A stretch of DNA of 64,000 bases from an uncultured virus (IMG/VR IMGVR_UViG_3300042566_001492) (IMGVR_UViG_3300042566_001492); one strand, 5' to 3'; counted from the stretch's first letter, positions 11,021 through 20,355 are shown. Notes: generated by a model from the letters alone, not told the origin. Translations and numbers: made by a program.

Positions 11021-12016
11021 ATGATATCTAAATACAATGAATTTCTATTAGAGAAAGAGTTTCAGTCATTAATCGATGAAATGTATAGAATAGTTGAGTC
11101 TGAAGGAAGATGGACTTCAGATAATACTTACGAGTGGGATATATCAAATGTGTATGATAATGAAGTTGAACAACCAGATTGGATTGATAGACTTATAGAT
11201 AAAGCCGAAGATTTTATTAAAAAAATTCCTAAAGAAAAAATAAAAGAATATTTTGTAAGATTAGTAAACGCCACTAAATCAATACCAGAAATTTTTAGAA
11301 AAAGAATTCTAGCGGGATATCTTTCTATATTTTTAGCTGTTGTTAGCTTTGGATATTTAGTAACACCTAGCTCTTCTGAGGAAACCCAAAAAGTAGAACA
11401 AATAGACTCAAAAATTAAAAAAGACATAGAAGAGATACACCAAAAGGTATTTACAAAAAAAGACAAAGCATCTTTTGAGGTAGCACAAGGTTTAGTAAAA
11501 ACAGCAGAAGCTGGATACTCGGATGATAGAGGTGACACTGGAAACTGGATAACAATTCCAGGACATGGGCAAAGATTTGTAGGAACAAATCATGGAATAT
11601 CAGCACCGATTCTACATGAATATTTAGGTAGATATCCTAAAAAAGAGGATATGATTAACCTTTCTTATGAAACAGCACTAAAGATTTATAAAAGTAAATA
11701 TTGGAATGAACAAAATCTATCAGAATTTAGCAATCAATCTGTTGCAAATATTATTTATGATGGTTGTGTCAATCAGGGTCAATCAGCAATGAGAGAAATT
11801 GTTAGAGATGCTTATAGAATTAATGGAATTGATATCGGAGATAACAGTCCTTTTGCAAAGTCATCTATATCAAAAATTAATAAAATAAATCAACAAAAAC
11901 TATTTGATACAGTTAAAGAACTAAGAGAAAGCAGATATAGAGAAGCAGCAACTTGGGATAGACACGGTGATGGATGGTTGAATAGACTTAATGGAATTGA
12001 ATTTAATCAAGCATGA
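11021..12016 (+). CDS. GH108-family lysozyme-like protein with N-terminal leader and an internal TM segment
   Basis: EAGYSDDRGDTGN...GTNHGIS, IYKSKYW, YDGCVNQG, GWLNRL; leader MISKYNEFLLE. Confidence 0.8.
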   Translation: MISKYNEFLLEKEFQSLIDEMYRIVESEGRWTSDNTYEWDISNVYDNEVEQPDWIDRLIDKAEDFIKKIPKEKIKEYFVRLVNATKSIPEIFRKRILAGYLSIFLAVVSFGYLVTPSSSEETQKVEQIDSKIKKDIEEIHQKVFTKKDKASFEVAQGLVKTAEAGYSDDRGDTGNWITIPGHGQRFVGTNHGISAPILHEYLGRYPKKEDMINLSYETALKIYKSKYWNEQNLSEFSNQSVANIIYDGCVNQGQSAMREIVRDAYRINGIDIGDNSPFAKSSISKINKINQQKLFDTVKELRESRYREAATWDRHGDGWLNRLNGIEFNQA

Positions 12017-12939
12017 AGTACTTAAAGACATATAAATTATTCGAATCTAATGATGATGATCTAAACTTCGTGATGGACATTTTATTAGATATATCAGACG
12101 ATGATATATCTGTTAAAGTTAGCGATTTAAATCAAAGTACAAATTCACCTATTAAAAAAATCTCTATACTTATAGGAGACGATGAAGATGAACTTTCAGA
12201 AATTTTCTTTGATATATCAAAATATATTGAAACTTTAGAATTAACTAATAATTATTTGACTGGTGAAGGTTACTCACTTGAAAATTCACACTTTCTATAT
12301 TTTGATGAAAATGGTATGGTGACTAATTCTTTTCATAGTTCTAATTTTAATGAAATTAAAGATAAATTAAAAAATATAAACCAATTAAAGATATGTGAGA
12401 TAATTTATAAAAATTCAGAATTAAAAGAAGATATTAAAGTTCCTATTGAAATAGGAGACACTGTTCTTGGTGGTAGATTCAAGAATAAGAAAACTATTGT
12501 TAAAAAAATTGGAAAAAATAAGAAGGGTGATATTACAATTAATGATAAACCACTACTTAAATACAGAATCATAAAAGAAAACTTAGAAGAAGATGTCAAT
12601 TACTACTTTAGACACTTAGAAGATGATTATTTTATAATTCAAATAAAAGATGATTATTTTAGAATATTCAAGCCACTTGATCAATCAGATGATACAGATA
12701 GAGTAGTTTATTCCTACTCAAATTGTAAACCTTTTCAATGGTCCGAAATTAGTGGAGAAATATCAAGATATGTAAGTGAATTAGACGATAGTGAAAATAG
12801 TGAAAAATCAATTGACTACGCTTATGTTGTTAAAAGAGAAGGTGGATTAGCTAATAGAAAACAAATACATACCCAGATGTTATTAAATGACACTTTTGAT
12901 GTCGGTGAAATTTTAAGTTTTACAATAGGATTCAGATAA
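12013..12939 (+). CDS. Leader-tagged multi-module hypothetical protein
   Basis: MKYLKTYKLFES; acidic-basic-acidic modules. Confidence 0.7.
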   Translation: MKYLKTYKLFESNDDDLNFVMDILLDISDDDISVKVSDLNQSTNSPIKKISILIGDDEDELSEIFFDISKYIETLELTNNYLTGEGYSLENSHFLYFDENGMVTNSFHSSNFNEIKDKLKNINQLKICEIIYKNSELKEDIKVPIEIGDTVLGGRFKNKKTIVKKIGKNKKGDITINDKPLLKYRIIKENLEEDVNYYFRHLEDDYFIIQIKDDYFRIFKPLDQSDDTDRVVYSYSNCKPFQWSEISGEISRYVSELDDSENSEKSIDYAYVVKREGGLANRKQIHTQMLLNDTFDVGEILSFTIGFR

Positions 12940-12984
12940 ACTATTACAAAAAAAATTGATATAATCTCTAAAATAAGGTCTTGT

Positions 12985-13224
12985 ATGAAAGAAAAGGAGA
13001 TTAAAAAAGAGAAACCGGTTAAAAAAACCAGAAGAAGTTCTAAAAAGAAAAAACTATATAGAACTGATATGAATATGTTTGTTTTTAATAACGAACAGAA
13101 GTTGGAAATCATAAAAGTTCCTAACAAATATGCTAAAAACTACATCACAGACTTTGGTGTTATGACTGTAAGAACCAGAGAAGAGATCGAAACTTGGTTA
13201 TACAATCTACAAATGCAATCATGA
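12985..13224 (+). CDS. Basic hypothetical protein
   Basis: Lys/Arg-rich N-terminus; ATGA overlap with rpiB. Confidence 0.55.
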   Translation: MKEKEIKKEKPVKKTRRSSKKKKLYRTDMNMFVFNNEQKLEIIKVPNKYAKNYITDFGVMTVRTREEIETWLYNLQMQS

Positions 13225-13670
13225 AAAGAATATCTTTAGGGTCCGACCACGCTGGTTGGAAATTAAAACAAGTAATTAAAGAGTACCTACATTCCAAAAC
13301 AGGATTAGATAGATTAGAAATCAATGACTGGGGATGTTATTCAGAAGAAAGATGTGACTATCCGGACTTCGCACATAAAGTAGCTGAAGATGTTGAAAAC
13401 AAAAAGTGTGACTTTGGAATTCTTATCTGTGGTTCAGGAAACGGAATAAATATGACAGCTAACAAATGGTCAGGAGTCAGATCAGCTCTTTGTTGGGAAT
13501 CAGAAATCTCACATATGGCTCGTTTACACAACGACGCAAACATTCTCACATTACCTGGAAGATATATCAGTGAAGAAGAAGCAATCAATTGTGTTGATGA
13601 ATTTATCAATACTAATTTCGAGGGTGGAAGACACTCAGATAGAGTTGATAAAATTTGTAAAAAAAATTAA
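13221..13670 (+). CDS. rpiB: Ribose-5-phosphate isomerase B
   Basis: GSDHAG, DYPD, ICGSGNG, ANK, ARLHNDAN, FEGGRH; start moved to the ATG at 13221. Confidence 0.96.
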   Translation: MKRISLGSDHAGWKLKQVIKEYLHSKTGLDRLEINDWGCYSEERCDYPDFAHKVAEDVENKKCDFGILICGSGNGINMTANKWSGVRSALCWESEISHMARLHNDANILTLPGRYISEEEAINCVDEFINTNFEGGRHSDRVDKICKKN

Positions 13671-13803
13671 AAAAAAATTTATTTTTTTTTATCGTCTGAA
13701 ACGATTGTTTCTAAATAATTTTTTATAATTTTGTAAACTTTTTGTCAAAAACAAATTAATTTTTATTTAATACATAGTTTATAAAAAATTAAACTCCCCA
13801 AAT

Positions 13804-14034
13804 ATGAAAAACTGTCCTACTTCTCTTAGAGAACAAGCACTTAATGTTGTTAAAGGTAATTCAGAAGTAACATCTGAACAGAAAATTCTTAAAAAATTCT
13901 TTTACTTCATGGAGTGTTATTGTGTTGAACTTAAAATGACTGATTTAGATGTTCTGTTAAATGATGAGAATTACGATAGTTTTTATTCACTGTTTGATAG
14001 CGTGATGATGAAAAACCATGTTTTGGAGGCTTAA
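13804..14034 (+). CDS. Hypothetical protein
   Basis: 76-aa ORF; TAATTTTG at 13726-13733 upstream. Confidence 0.55.
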   Translation: MKNCPTSLREQALNVVKGNSEVTSEQKILKKFFYFMECYCVELKMTDLDVLLNDENYDSFYSLFDSVMMKNHVLEA

Positions 14035-14624
14035 TCCTTTGAGAATCTAACTCTTATAGCCTCATTTTCTGACATAATCATATCGTCATATAAATCATCA
14101 ACTTCTATATTAGAATATTCATCTTCTCCCGGATCAGATGAATATTCTGTAGAGAATAATAATTTATGCGAATATCCCTCACTATCCATAAATTCAATAG
14201 ATCTTTTTATACAATCTATAAAGTCTTCAGGAATTTCTTTTTGTTGATATCCATAGTCTTCTAAACCTTCTTCACCTCTATGAAGATATGGTTCATAATC
14301 ACCAAATGAAATATAAACTTCGTAGTCTTTTCCTGTCAATTTTCCAGGAGTTGAATACACCTCAACATGTGCGAACCAATCACCAATATCAGATACTTCT
14401 AAAAATATATCATTGAGGTTCTGTTCTATTAAGTCATTATTAACAGACTCATTCTTGTATTTACCACCTCTACGTTTTCTTTTACAGTATTGTTTTTGAG
14501 AGAATCCTTTTGGATTATTACAGTTGATTTTCTTTTTATACTTAACAGACCAACGACGATTACCACCAGCACGTGGTTTATTGTAAGCTTCAGTAAATAA
14601 TTCCCAATTAAGAATATTTTTCAT
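14031..14624 (-). CDS. Leader-tagged protein: basic Cys module plus acidic domain
   Basis: MKNILNWELFTE; WSVKYKKKINCNNPKGFSQKQYC; TAATATATA 5 nt upstream. Confidence 0.7.
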   Translation of the reverse strand: MKNILNWELFTEAYNKPRAGGNRRWSVKYKKKINCNNPKGFSQKQYCKRKRRGGKYKNESVNNDLIEQNLNDIFLEVSDIGDWFAHVEVYSTPGKLTGKDYEVYISFGDYEPYLHRGEEGLEDYGYQQKEIPEDFIDCIKRSIEFMDSEGYSHKLLFSTEYSSDPGEDEYSNIEVDDLYDDMIMSENEAIRVRFSKD

Positions 14625-14678
14625 GAATTTATATATTAATTCTAATTTTTTATTTATCTTTACTTAAAATTTGTATCT

Positions 14679-15302
14679 ATGTCGTATTTAAAACTAATTC
14701 TTAATTTTATTAAGTATTTAATTATTGAAAATCCAATTAAACTAATAATGACAACGGCTGCTGTTGTGGCTTTTAACTATGCAGGCACTATCAAAGGTGG
14801 TTATGAATATTATAATATAGTATCACAAGTGAAAGATGGAAACACTTATGTTTATGTTACTAATTCTAAATCAGAAAGTAATAATGGTTATGAAGTATTT
14901 ACTTCAGATAAACCAGAAGTGATTAAGAATGAGCAACTTCAAGTTTGGGACTATAATGACGGAAACGTACTTCTTTATATTGTTGGTGGTATTTTAACTT
15001 TAATTATTTTAATTGGAACAATCGTAGGACTTACAAATGACGATGATGATATCGGATGGGATATTAAAAGTTGTTATCAAAGATCAATTTCAACACTTAT
15101 TTATTGTGAGTTAGAAGGAGATACTTATTATTATATGATAATGGGTAGATTGATTGATAAGCGAAAAGACCAAATTAGATACACGTCAAATGTAGCTAGA
15201 GAAATGAGAATTTTTGATATGTCGGATGTTTATAGACTTCCAAAATTTTCCACTAAAACTCAAAAAAGAAACAACAATTTAGATAAATTAGGTATAAATT
15301 AA
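14679..15302 (+). CDS. Membrane protein with C-terminal KRNNNLDKLGIN motif
   Basis: Two hydrophobic segments; C-terminal motif. Confidence 0.65.
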   Translation: MSYLKLILNFIKYLIIENPIKLIMTTAAVVAFNYAGTIKGGYEYYNIVSQVKDGNTYVYVTNSKSESNNGYEVFTSDKPEVIKNEQLQVWDYNDGNVLLYIVGGILTLIILIGTIVGLTNDDDDIGWDIKSCYQRSISTLIYCELEGDTYYYMIMGRLIDKRKDQIRYTSNVAREMRIFDMSDVYRLPKFSTKTQKRNNNLDKLGIN

Positions 15303-15307
15303 TAATT

Positions 15308-15559
15308 ATGGCATCAAAAAGTAAATCATCAGGTATCGGATTAACAGGAGTGTTATTCGTAGTATTTTTAGTTCTTAAATTAACTGGTAATATTGACTGG
15401 TCTTGGTGGTGGGTTACTTCGCCCCTTTGGATACCAATTGCAATAGCACTATCTACAGTTTTAATTATTTTTATAATCTTTATGTTGTTTATATCACTTG
15501 GATTTGACTTTGAAGTTGTAAAAGAAAAAATTGAAAATTTAACCAAAAAAATTCGATAA
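15308..15559 (+). CDS. Small membrane protein (IDWSWWWV..PLW type)
   Basis: LKLTGNIDWSWWWVTSPLW flanked by two TM segments. Confidence 0.75.
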   Translation: MASKSKSSGIGLTGVLFVVFLVLKLTGNIDWSWWWVTSPLWIPIAIALSTVLIIFIIFMLFISLGFDFEVVKEKIENLTKKIR

Positions 15560-15574
15560 TCTAAATATTTTTAC

Positions 15575-15582
15575 TATATTTG
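15575..15582 (+). promoter_or_regulatory. Bacteroidota -7 element TATATTTG driving the candidate ncRNA
   Basis: TAnnTTTG with no downstream ORF on the + strand. Confidence 0.55.
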
Positions 15583-15587
15583 TAGTA

Positions 15588-15833
15588 AGGTATTTAAGTT
15601 ATACCGAAATCCAAAATAACAAATATCCTGTAATAAGTCGAGACGGCAATCTTTGACAAATAATAGGCTAACCTTTGCCGAGGTTAGGGGATAATAAATC
15701 TGTTGGTCCCGCAGTAGATGTCAGTATCAGTCATATCGATACGGTCGAATTAAAAGGTGTATGACATAGGTAGATGAAATGTGAATTCTGAAACCAAATC
15801 TAAACCGAGTTGATTCACACGACTCGGTTTTTT
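15588..15833 (+). ncRNA. Candidate structured ncRNA with loop-loop pseudoknot (family unknown)
   Basis: ORF-free and GC-enriched, bounded by a promoter and a terminator; several stems; loops CGGCAA (15644-49) and TTGCCG (15675-80) are exact complements. Confidence 0.6.
15802..15833. terminator. Rho-independent terminator, probably bidirectional
   Basis: aaaccgagtt-N9-gactcggttt followed by a T run. Confidence 0.8.
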
Positions 15834-15837
15834 ATTT

Positions 15838-16110
15838 TTAAAGATATTTTAGTTCACCAGACCATCTTTTACCAAACTTAATACCTAACCAGTCTTGTTC
15901 TTTATCTAATTCTATTTCTGATAAATTTTCTTCTACGAACTGATTTGGAGTTTTACCATCGTAAAAGTAATTTATAATCTGGTCTTGATAAAAATCTATA
16001 ATTTTGTTTATTAATACTGGACTTATATCATATGTTTTCAATACATCGACAACTCCACTTACGAATTCAGATTCACTTCTATATGTCTCAAATGTTTTTA
16101 TGAACTTCAT
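15838..16110 (-). CDS. Leader-tagged hypothetical protein
   Basis: Start moved to MKFIKTFETY at 16110, directly after the upstream stop. Confidence 0.65.
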   Translation of the reverse strand: MKFIKTFETYRSESEFVSGVVDVLKTYDISPVLINKIIDFYQDQIINYFYDGKTPNQFVEENLSEIELDKEQDWLGIKFGKRWSGELKYL

Positions 16111-16111
16111 C

Positions 16112-16849
16112 TTACTTTTCATCAACTGAATATAAATTTCTATCAAGAATTATGTGAACATTAATATTAATATTTCTAAGTTTATCATAAGGCATCGCAG
16201 AACCAGCTACTAAGAATTCAACCATTAAGTCACCTGATGTATATTCTAAGTGATTTATTAATTTATAAGAAGCTTCTTCAACAACATCAACAATTTCAGA
16301 TTCATAATCTTCTAATTCTTTGTTAGGTCTAAGTGTTGATATTCTTTTATTATAAACTTCATTTTTATTAAATGAATATCTTAGTTGTAGATTACCTCTC
16401 CAAAGTTTTTCAACCTGTTTAAATAGTGATATTCTTATTTCTTGAGATTTGAAATTACCTTGTTTATCATCATCAATATCATATTCTTGGTCTTCACTAT
16501 CAGTATTTACTTTATTAATTTCAAATTCCATATCAATCAACTCAGCTAAACAATCTTCAACTAATGAAGTTTCCGCTTCGGTTAATCTATATGATTCTTT
16601 AATATCCTCAACTTTAGTAATACCTTTAGCTGGTGTTAAGTCTCTCATATCCGTTACTTCAGAAGGATTTCCCTTTTTTCTTCTTTCTTTCTTAAATGTA
16701 AATCCAACATCTCCAGATCCTTCCGTTCCGGTTGTTCCAGCTAAAGCACCTGGTTGAGCAGCAGTGACCGCACCCATACCAGCAGTTGATGAAGTAGTAG
16801 AAACAGCATTTTCTAAAAACTCTTTATATCGTTTAATCTTTTTCACCAA
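16112..16849 (-). CDS. Leader-tagged hypothetical protein with Ala/Gly/Thr-rich linker
   Basis: VKKIKRYKEFLE; low-complexity linker; acidic domain after IKES. Confidence 0.7.
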   Translation of the reverse strand: MVKKIKRYKEFLENAVSTTSSTAGMGAVTAAQPGALAGTTGTEGSGDVGFTFKKERRKKGNPSEVTDMRDLTPAKGITKVEDIKESYRLTEAETSLVEDCLAELIDMEFEINKVNTDSEDQEYDIDDDKQGNFKSQEIRISLFKQVEKLWRGNLQLRYSFNKNEVYNKRISTLRPNKELEDYESEIVDVVEEASYKLINHLEYTSGDLMVEFLVAGSAMPYDKLRNININVHIILDRNLYSVDEK

Positions 16850-17066
16850 CTAATGTTGTTTTTTCTATATATTCAGAATCACAAATAGGACAATTAGTCT
16901 CTGATTGATTGTATGTGAAAAAATCATTGTTACAATCATCACACTTGAAACTCCATTTTACCTTTGGTGGAAAAATTTCCGATGTTTGAGCAACTGCTTT
17001 TTTATCATATGCGTAGATTGATCCAGCCCAAGAATCCGATTCTAAAAATTTAAACAAATATTTCAC
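16833..17066 (-). CDS. Leader-tagged zinc-ribbon protein
   Basis: GTG start (MKYLFKFLES) 5 nt after TAATATATA; CDDC...CPIC. Confidence 0.65.
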   Translation of the reverse strand: MKYLFKFLESDSWAGSIYAYDKKAVAQTSEIFPPKVKWSFKCDDCNNDFFTYNQSETNCPICDSEYIEKTTLVGEKD

Positions 17067-17071
17067 TACAT

Positions 17072-17106
17072 TATATATTAAATTAAGTAATTTTTTTTTA
17101 TCTTTG
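17072..17106. promoter_or_regulatory. Back-to-back promoters: TAATATATA (minus) and TATCTTTG (plus)
   Basis: 17072-17080 on minus; 17099-17106 on plus. Confidence 0.6.
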
Positions 17107-17121
17107 TAAAAATTTATCAAT

Positions 17122-17844
17122 ATGCCAAATTGGACTTATAACACACTTAGAGTTTCTGGAAGTAAACAACACATGAAAGAGTTTTATGATTCGGCTATAA
17201 AACCTAATGTAAATGACGAGTTGTCTTTTTCATTCTCTAATGTATTTCCTATGCCAGAGAAGATTAAAAACACAATATCTCCAAGTTCTTCTGCTTTAGG
17301 TAGAAAGTGGATGAATGAAAACTTATCTACAAAAAGAAATGAAAAACTATCAGACATTTTAGATGAAGAAGAAGATCATTCTGAGTTAATACCAGTTGAG
17401 AATAATAGTCCAGAAAAATGTGAATCTCTTAAGAAGGAATTTGGAGCTGATAATTGGTATGATTGGAATTTACATAAATATGGAACAAAGTGGGATGTTG
17501 AATCTTTAGTAAGTGATAGCGTTAAAGATGATGGTCTTTTTGAGTGTCAATTTGATACCGCTTGGTCACCACCGTCAAACTTTTTATCGAATCTACAAAA
17601 TAAATTTCCAAAATTAGATATTAAACTAATTTTTGAGTTGGAAGGATCAGATGAATGCGGAATTTTTATTACAGATAGAAGTGGTGATGAAGTCACACTT
17701 GTTTATGAACAGGATGAAGTGACTTATATTGGTTCTGATGGTAGAGAAATTTATTATGATAATAAAGATGGTGAGTGGCACTATCATGATGATGATGAGG
17801 TCTGTGAAGATTATATGCAAGTTAATCCTTTTTATGAAAATTGA
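17122..17844 (+). CDS. DUF1281/YubB-like ferredoxin-fold protein
   Basis: MPNWTYNTL, WYDWN...YGTKWD, FDTAWSPP. Confidence 0.75.
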   Translation: MPNWTYNTLRVSGSKQHMKEFYDSAIKPNVNDELSFSFSNVFPMPEKIKNTISPSSSALGRKWMNENLSTKRNEKLSDILDEEEDHSELIPVENNSPEKCESLKKEFGADNWYDWNLHKYGTKWDVESLVSDSVKDDGLFECQFDTAWSPPSNFLSNLQNKFPKLDIKLIFELEGSDECGIFITDRSGDEVTLVYEQDEVTYIGSDGREIYYDNKDGEWHYHDDDEVCEDYMQVNPFYEN

Positions 17845-18052
17845 TTTACACGGAATAAAGCACGAAAATGTCAGTAGACAACTTGACATTTTTTTCTGGG
17901 AAATGATGCAGAAGAATGTACCACAAGTTGAAGTAGTAACAGGTATTAGTAATAGAATGAAAGAAATTGTAAGAGAAACCTGTAAAGATTACAATTTCGA
18001 AGTTATAGAAAATACAATCAATATTGGTTCAGTATTTGTAAAATTAAAATAA
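17834..18052 (+). CDS. Stand-alone Smr-domain protein
   Basis: MKIDLHG...EVVTG...NIGSV; start moved to the ATG at 17834. Confidence 0.75.
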   Translation: MKIDLHGIKHENVSRQLDIFFWEMMQKNVPQVEVVTGISNRMKEIVRETCKDYNFEVIENTINIGSVFVKLK

Positions 18053-18058
18053 AAAATT

Positions 18059-18148
18059 ATGTCAACAGAAATTATTACAGCGATTCTAACACCTATTTTG
18101 ATATTTGTAGTATTTGCTTACTACATCCTTAAGAAAGATAAAAACTAA
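18059..18148 (+). CDS. 29-aa single-TM peptide
   Basis: MSTEIITAILTPILIFVVFAYYILKKDKN, read by hand. Confidence 0.45.
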   Translation: MSTEIITAILTPILIFVVFAYYILKKDKN

Positions 18149-18726
18149 TCACATTTAAATCTATAGCTTTTTCTATGGTGGTCACAAAGACCAAAAATTT
18201 TAACCGACTCTAAATGTTTTTTGGTTAAATACCCCATGTTATTTTGCCAATCATATTGAGGATACTCTTTTGATAATTCAATCATAATATCATCTCTTGT
18301 TACTTTTGCCAAAACAGAAGCTGCAGCAATTGACATGAACTTATCATCACCCTTAACAACAGTTGAGTGTTCAATATCTTTGTACTTATTAAAGTAATTA
18401 CCATCTATTATAAGATATTCTGGTTTTACATTTAATCCATCTACCGCTCGGTGCATTGCTAACATTGTTGCTTGAAGAATGTTAATATTGTCTATCTCTT
18501 GTGGTGTTGATACAGCAACACTATATGATATAGCATGTTCTTTTATGTATTGGAAGACTTCTCTTTTTTGACTTTCTGTCATTTTTTTTGAGTCTTTTAA
18601 TTTAGAGTGATAGAATCCTTTTGGTAGAATAACAGCAGCGGCGACAACTGGACCTGCTCCACATCCTCTACCAGCTTCATCTAAACCACACTCTAATACT
18701 TTACCTGAGTAGTTTTCATTTAACAT
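18145..18726 (-). CDS. rnhB: Ribonuclease HII
   Basis: GLDEAGRG, DSKK, IDGN, KGD...SIAAASVLAKVTRD, HRKSY. Confidence 0.96.
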   Translation of the reverse strand: MLNENYSGKVLECGLDEAGRGCGAGPVVAAAVILPKGFYHSKLKDSKKMTESQKREVFQYIKEHAISYSVAVSTPQEIDNINILQATMLAMHRAVDGLNVKPEYLIIDGNYFNKYKDIEHSTVVKGDDKFMSIAAASVLAKVTRDDIMIELSKEYPQYDWQNNMGYLTKKHLESVKIFGLCDHHRKSYRFKCD

Positions 18727-18795
18727 ATCACTTTTATTAATTTTTTATTTTTAAGTTGTGAAATTTAATATATAACCAAAATTGTACTTATTGAC

Positions 18796-20337
18796 GTGTT
18801 AAAAAAATACTCTGACTTTGTAAGTGAATCAATAGAATTTATTATAGAATCTGACGTTGTCTATTCCGATAAATTCAGACTAGCGCTTAATAAAATTGAA
18901 AGTCCAATATCAAAATCACTTTTAGATATTGAAAATAAAGACTTTAATGTTCAATCTAATTTCTTTGATATTAGCACGGATAAAAATGATACAGTTTCAT
19001 TTACTCCAGATAGAAAAGCTCAAGAAATCCTAAAGGATAAAAAGGATCTAGTAAGATTCTCAGGAAGTGCTGGTTTCTTAAAACACAAAGAATCTAACCA
19101 AGAACTATTTGATAAATTAGGTTATACCTATACATCAGATGAACCACATAGACCAAACTCATCAGAAATTGGTGAAGTTGTTAATAGAGTGACATCCGAA
19201 ACATCAGGTAATACTTACGCTTGGGTTAAATGGGGTAAAAATCAAGACGGTACCGATAAAGAAGGTGTTTATAATGTACAAAAATTAGTACCGACTGAAG
19301 ATAATAAACTAAAACAGATATTTTCTTCTGGTAGACAAGAACTTAAAGTTGGTAGAGCAATTAGAGCTTTACTTAAAGTAGCTGAAGTAGACTTTATCGA
19401 TAAAGACATCGAATCATTTGTAAACCAATATAAAGCATTTATTGATAAATTAAATGATAAGTTTTCTTTGTTTGATATAGTTAAAGAAGAAGAAATTGGA
19501 TACTGGTACAATTATTCAAGATATTATGAAAGAAAAGGAACATTAGGTCAGTCTTGTATGAGTAACGTACCAACAAGATACTTTGACATCTATATGAAAA
19601 ATCCCGATGTTTGTAGTTTAGTAATTTTTAGAAGTGTTGAGGAAAACGACAAAATCATCGGAAGAGCTATTCTTTGGAAGTTAAGAGATGGTAAAGAATT
19701 TTTAGATAGAATTTATACAATAAATGATTCTGATGTACAATTATTTAGAGATTACGCTAAAGAAATGGGTTGGTATGTAAAGTACTACAATTCAAGCTCA
19801 GATAGTAATCAAGCAATAGACTCTAATGGTAATACAGTAAGATTAAATCTAATAGTAGATATTAAAAAAGGTAAGTATGACTCTTATCCTTATTTAGATA
19901 CATTAAAATACTGGCTTCCAGATGATGGTACACTTAGCTCGGAAAAAAGTTCAGGGGATTATGTACTAGAAGATACTGGTGGTGATTATTTAACAGGATG
20001 TGATTACTGTGATGGTGGTGGAAGAACTACTTGTAGTAACTGTGATGGCGACGGAAACTACGAGTGTCACGAGTGTGATGGTCGTGGTAAAGAGGACTGT
20101 GATGATTGTGATGGTAACGGTAGTATCAGTTGTGGAAGCTGTGATGGTGAAGGACAAACAGAAGATGAAGAAGGAAATGAAATAGACTGTTCTGATTGTG
20201 ATGGTACCGGAAAAGTAGACTGTTCTGATTGTGATGGAAATGGATCAGTTGATTGTTCATACTGTGATGGAGATGGTACAAGAGAGTGCTATGAGTGTGA
20301 TGGGAATGGATCAGTTGATTGTCCCGAATGTTCTTAA
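18796..20337 (+). CDS. Leader-tagged protein with a C-terminal DnaJ-type CxxCDGxG zinc-repeat array
   Basis: MLKKYSDFVSE; central SCM...GRAILW...DRIY domain; 9 CxxCDGxG plus a terminal CxxC; TAATATATA at 18766. Confidence 0.75.
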   Translation: MLKKYSDFVSESIEFIIESDVVYSDKFRLALNKIESPISKSLLDIENKDFNVQSNFFDISTDKNDTVSFTPDRKAQEILKDKKDLVRFSGSAGFLKHKESNQELFDKLGYTYTSDEPHRPNSSEIGEVVNRVTSETSGNTYAWVKWGKNQDGTDKEGVYNVQKLVPTEDNKLKQIFSSGRQELKVGRAIRALLKVAEVDFIDKDIESFVNQYKAFIDKLNDKFSLFDIVKEEEIGYWYNYSRYYERKGTLGQSCMSNVPTRYFDIYMKNPDVCSLVIFRSVEENDKIIGRAILWKLRDGKEFLDRIYTINDSDVQLFRDYAKEMGWYVKYYNSSSDSNQAIDSNGNTVRLNLIVDIKKGKYDSYPYLDTLKYWLPDDGTLSSEKSSGDYVLEDTGGDYLTGCDYCDGGGRTTCSNCDGDGNYECHECDGRGKEDCDDCDGNGSISCGSCDGEGQTEDEEGNEIDCSDCDGTGKVDCSDCDGNGSVDCSYCDGDGTRECYECDGNGSVDCPECS

Positions 20338-20355
20338 AAAAAATAAATTAAATAT

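Noticed and set aside
15588..15833. tRNA, tmRNA, SAM-I riboswitch or pistol ribozyme
   Set aside because: No cloverleaf, T-loop or CCA end. Only fragmentary resemblance to SAM-I (cggcaa) and pistol (loop pseudoknot, A-rich linker), without their other conserved elements. No downstream gene to regulate.
19999..20337. CRISPR array or DNA tandem repeat (recurring tgtgatgg)
   Set aside because: The 33-nt periodicity is the coding CxxCDGxG repeat, with synonymous variation and no spacer structure. No cas genes recognised.
18796..20337. DnaJ chaperone
   Set aside because: No J-domain or HPD motif; only the zinc repeats are shared.
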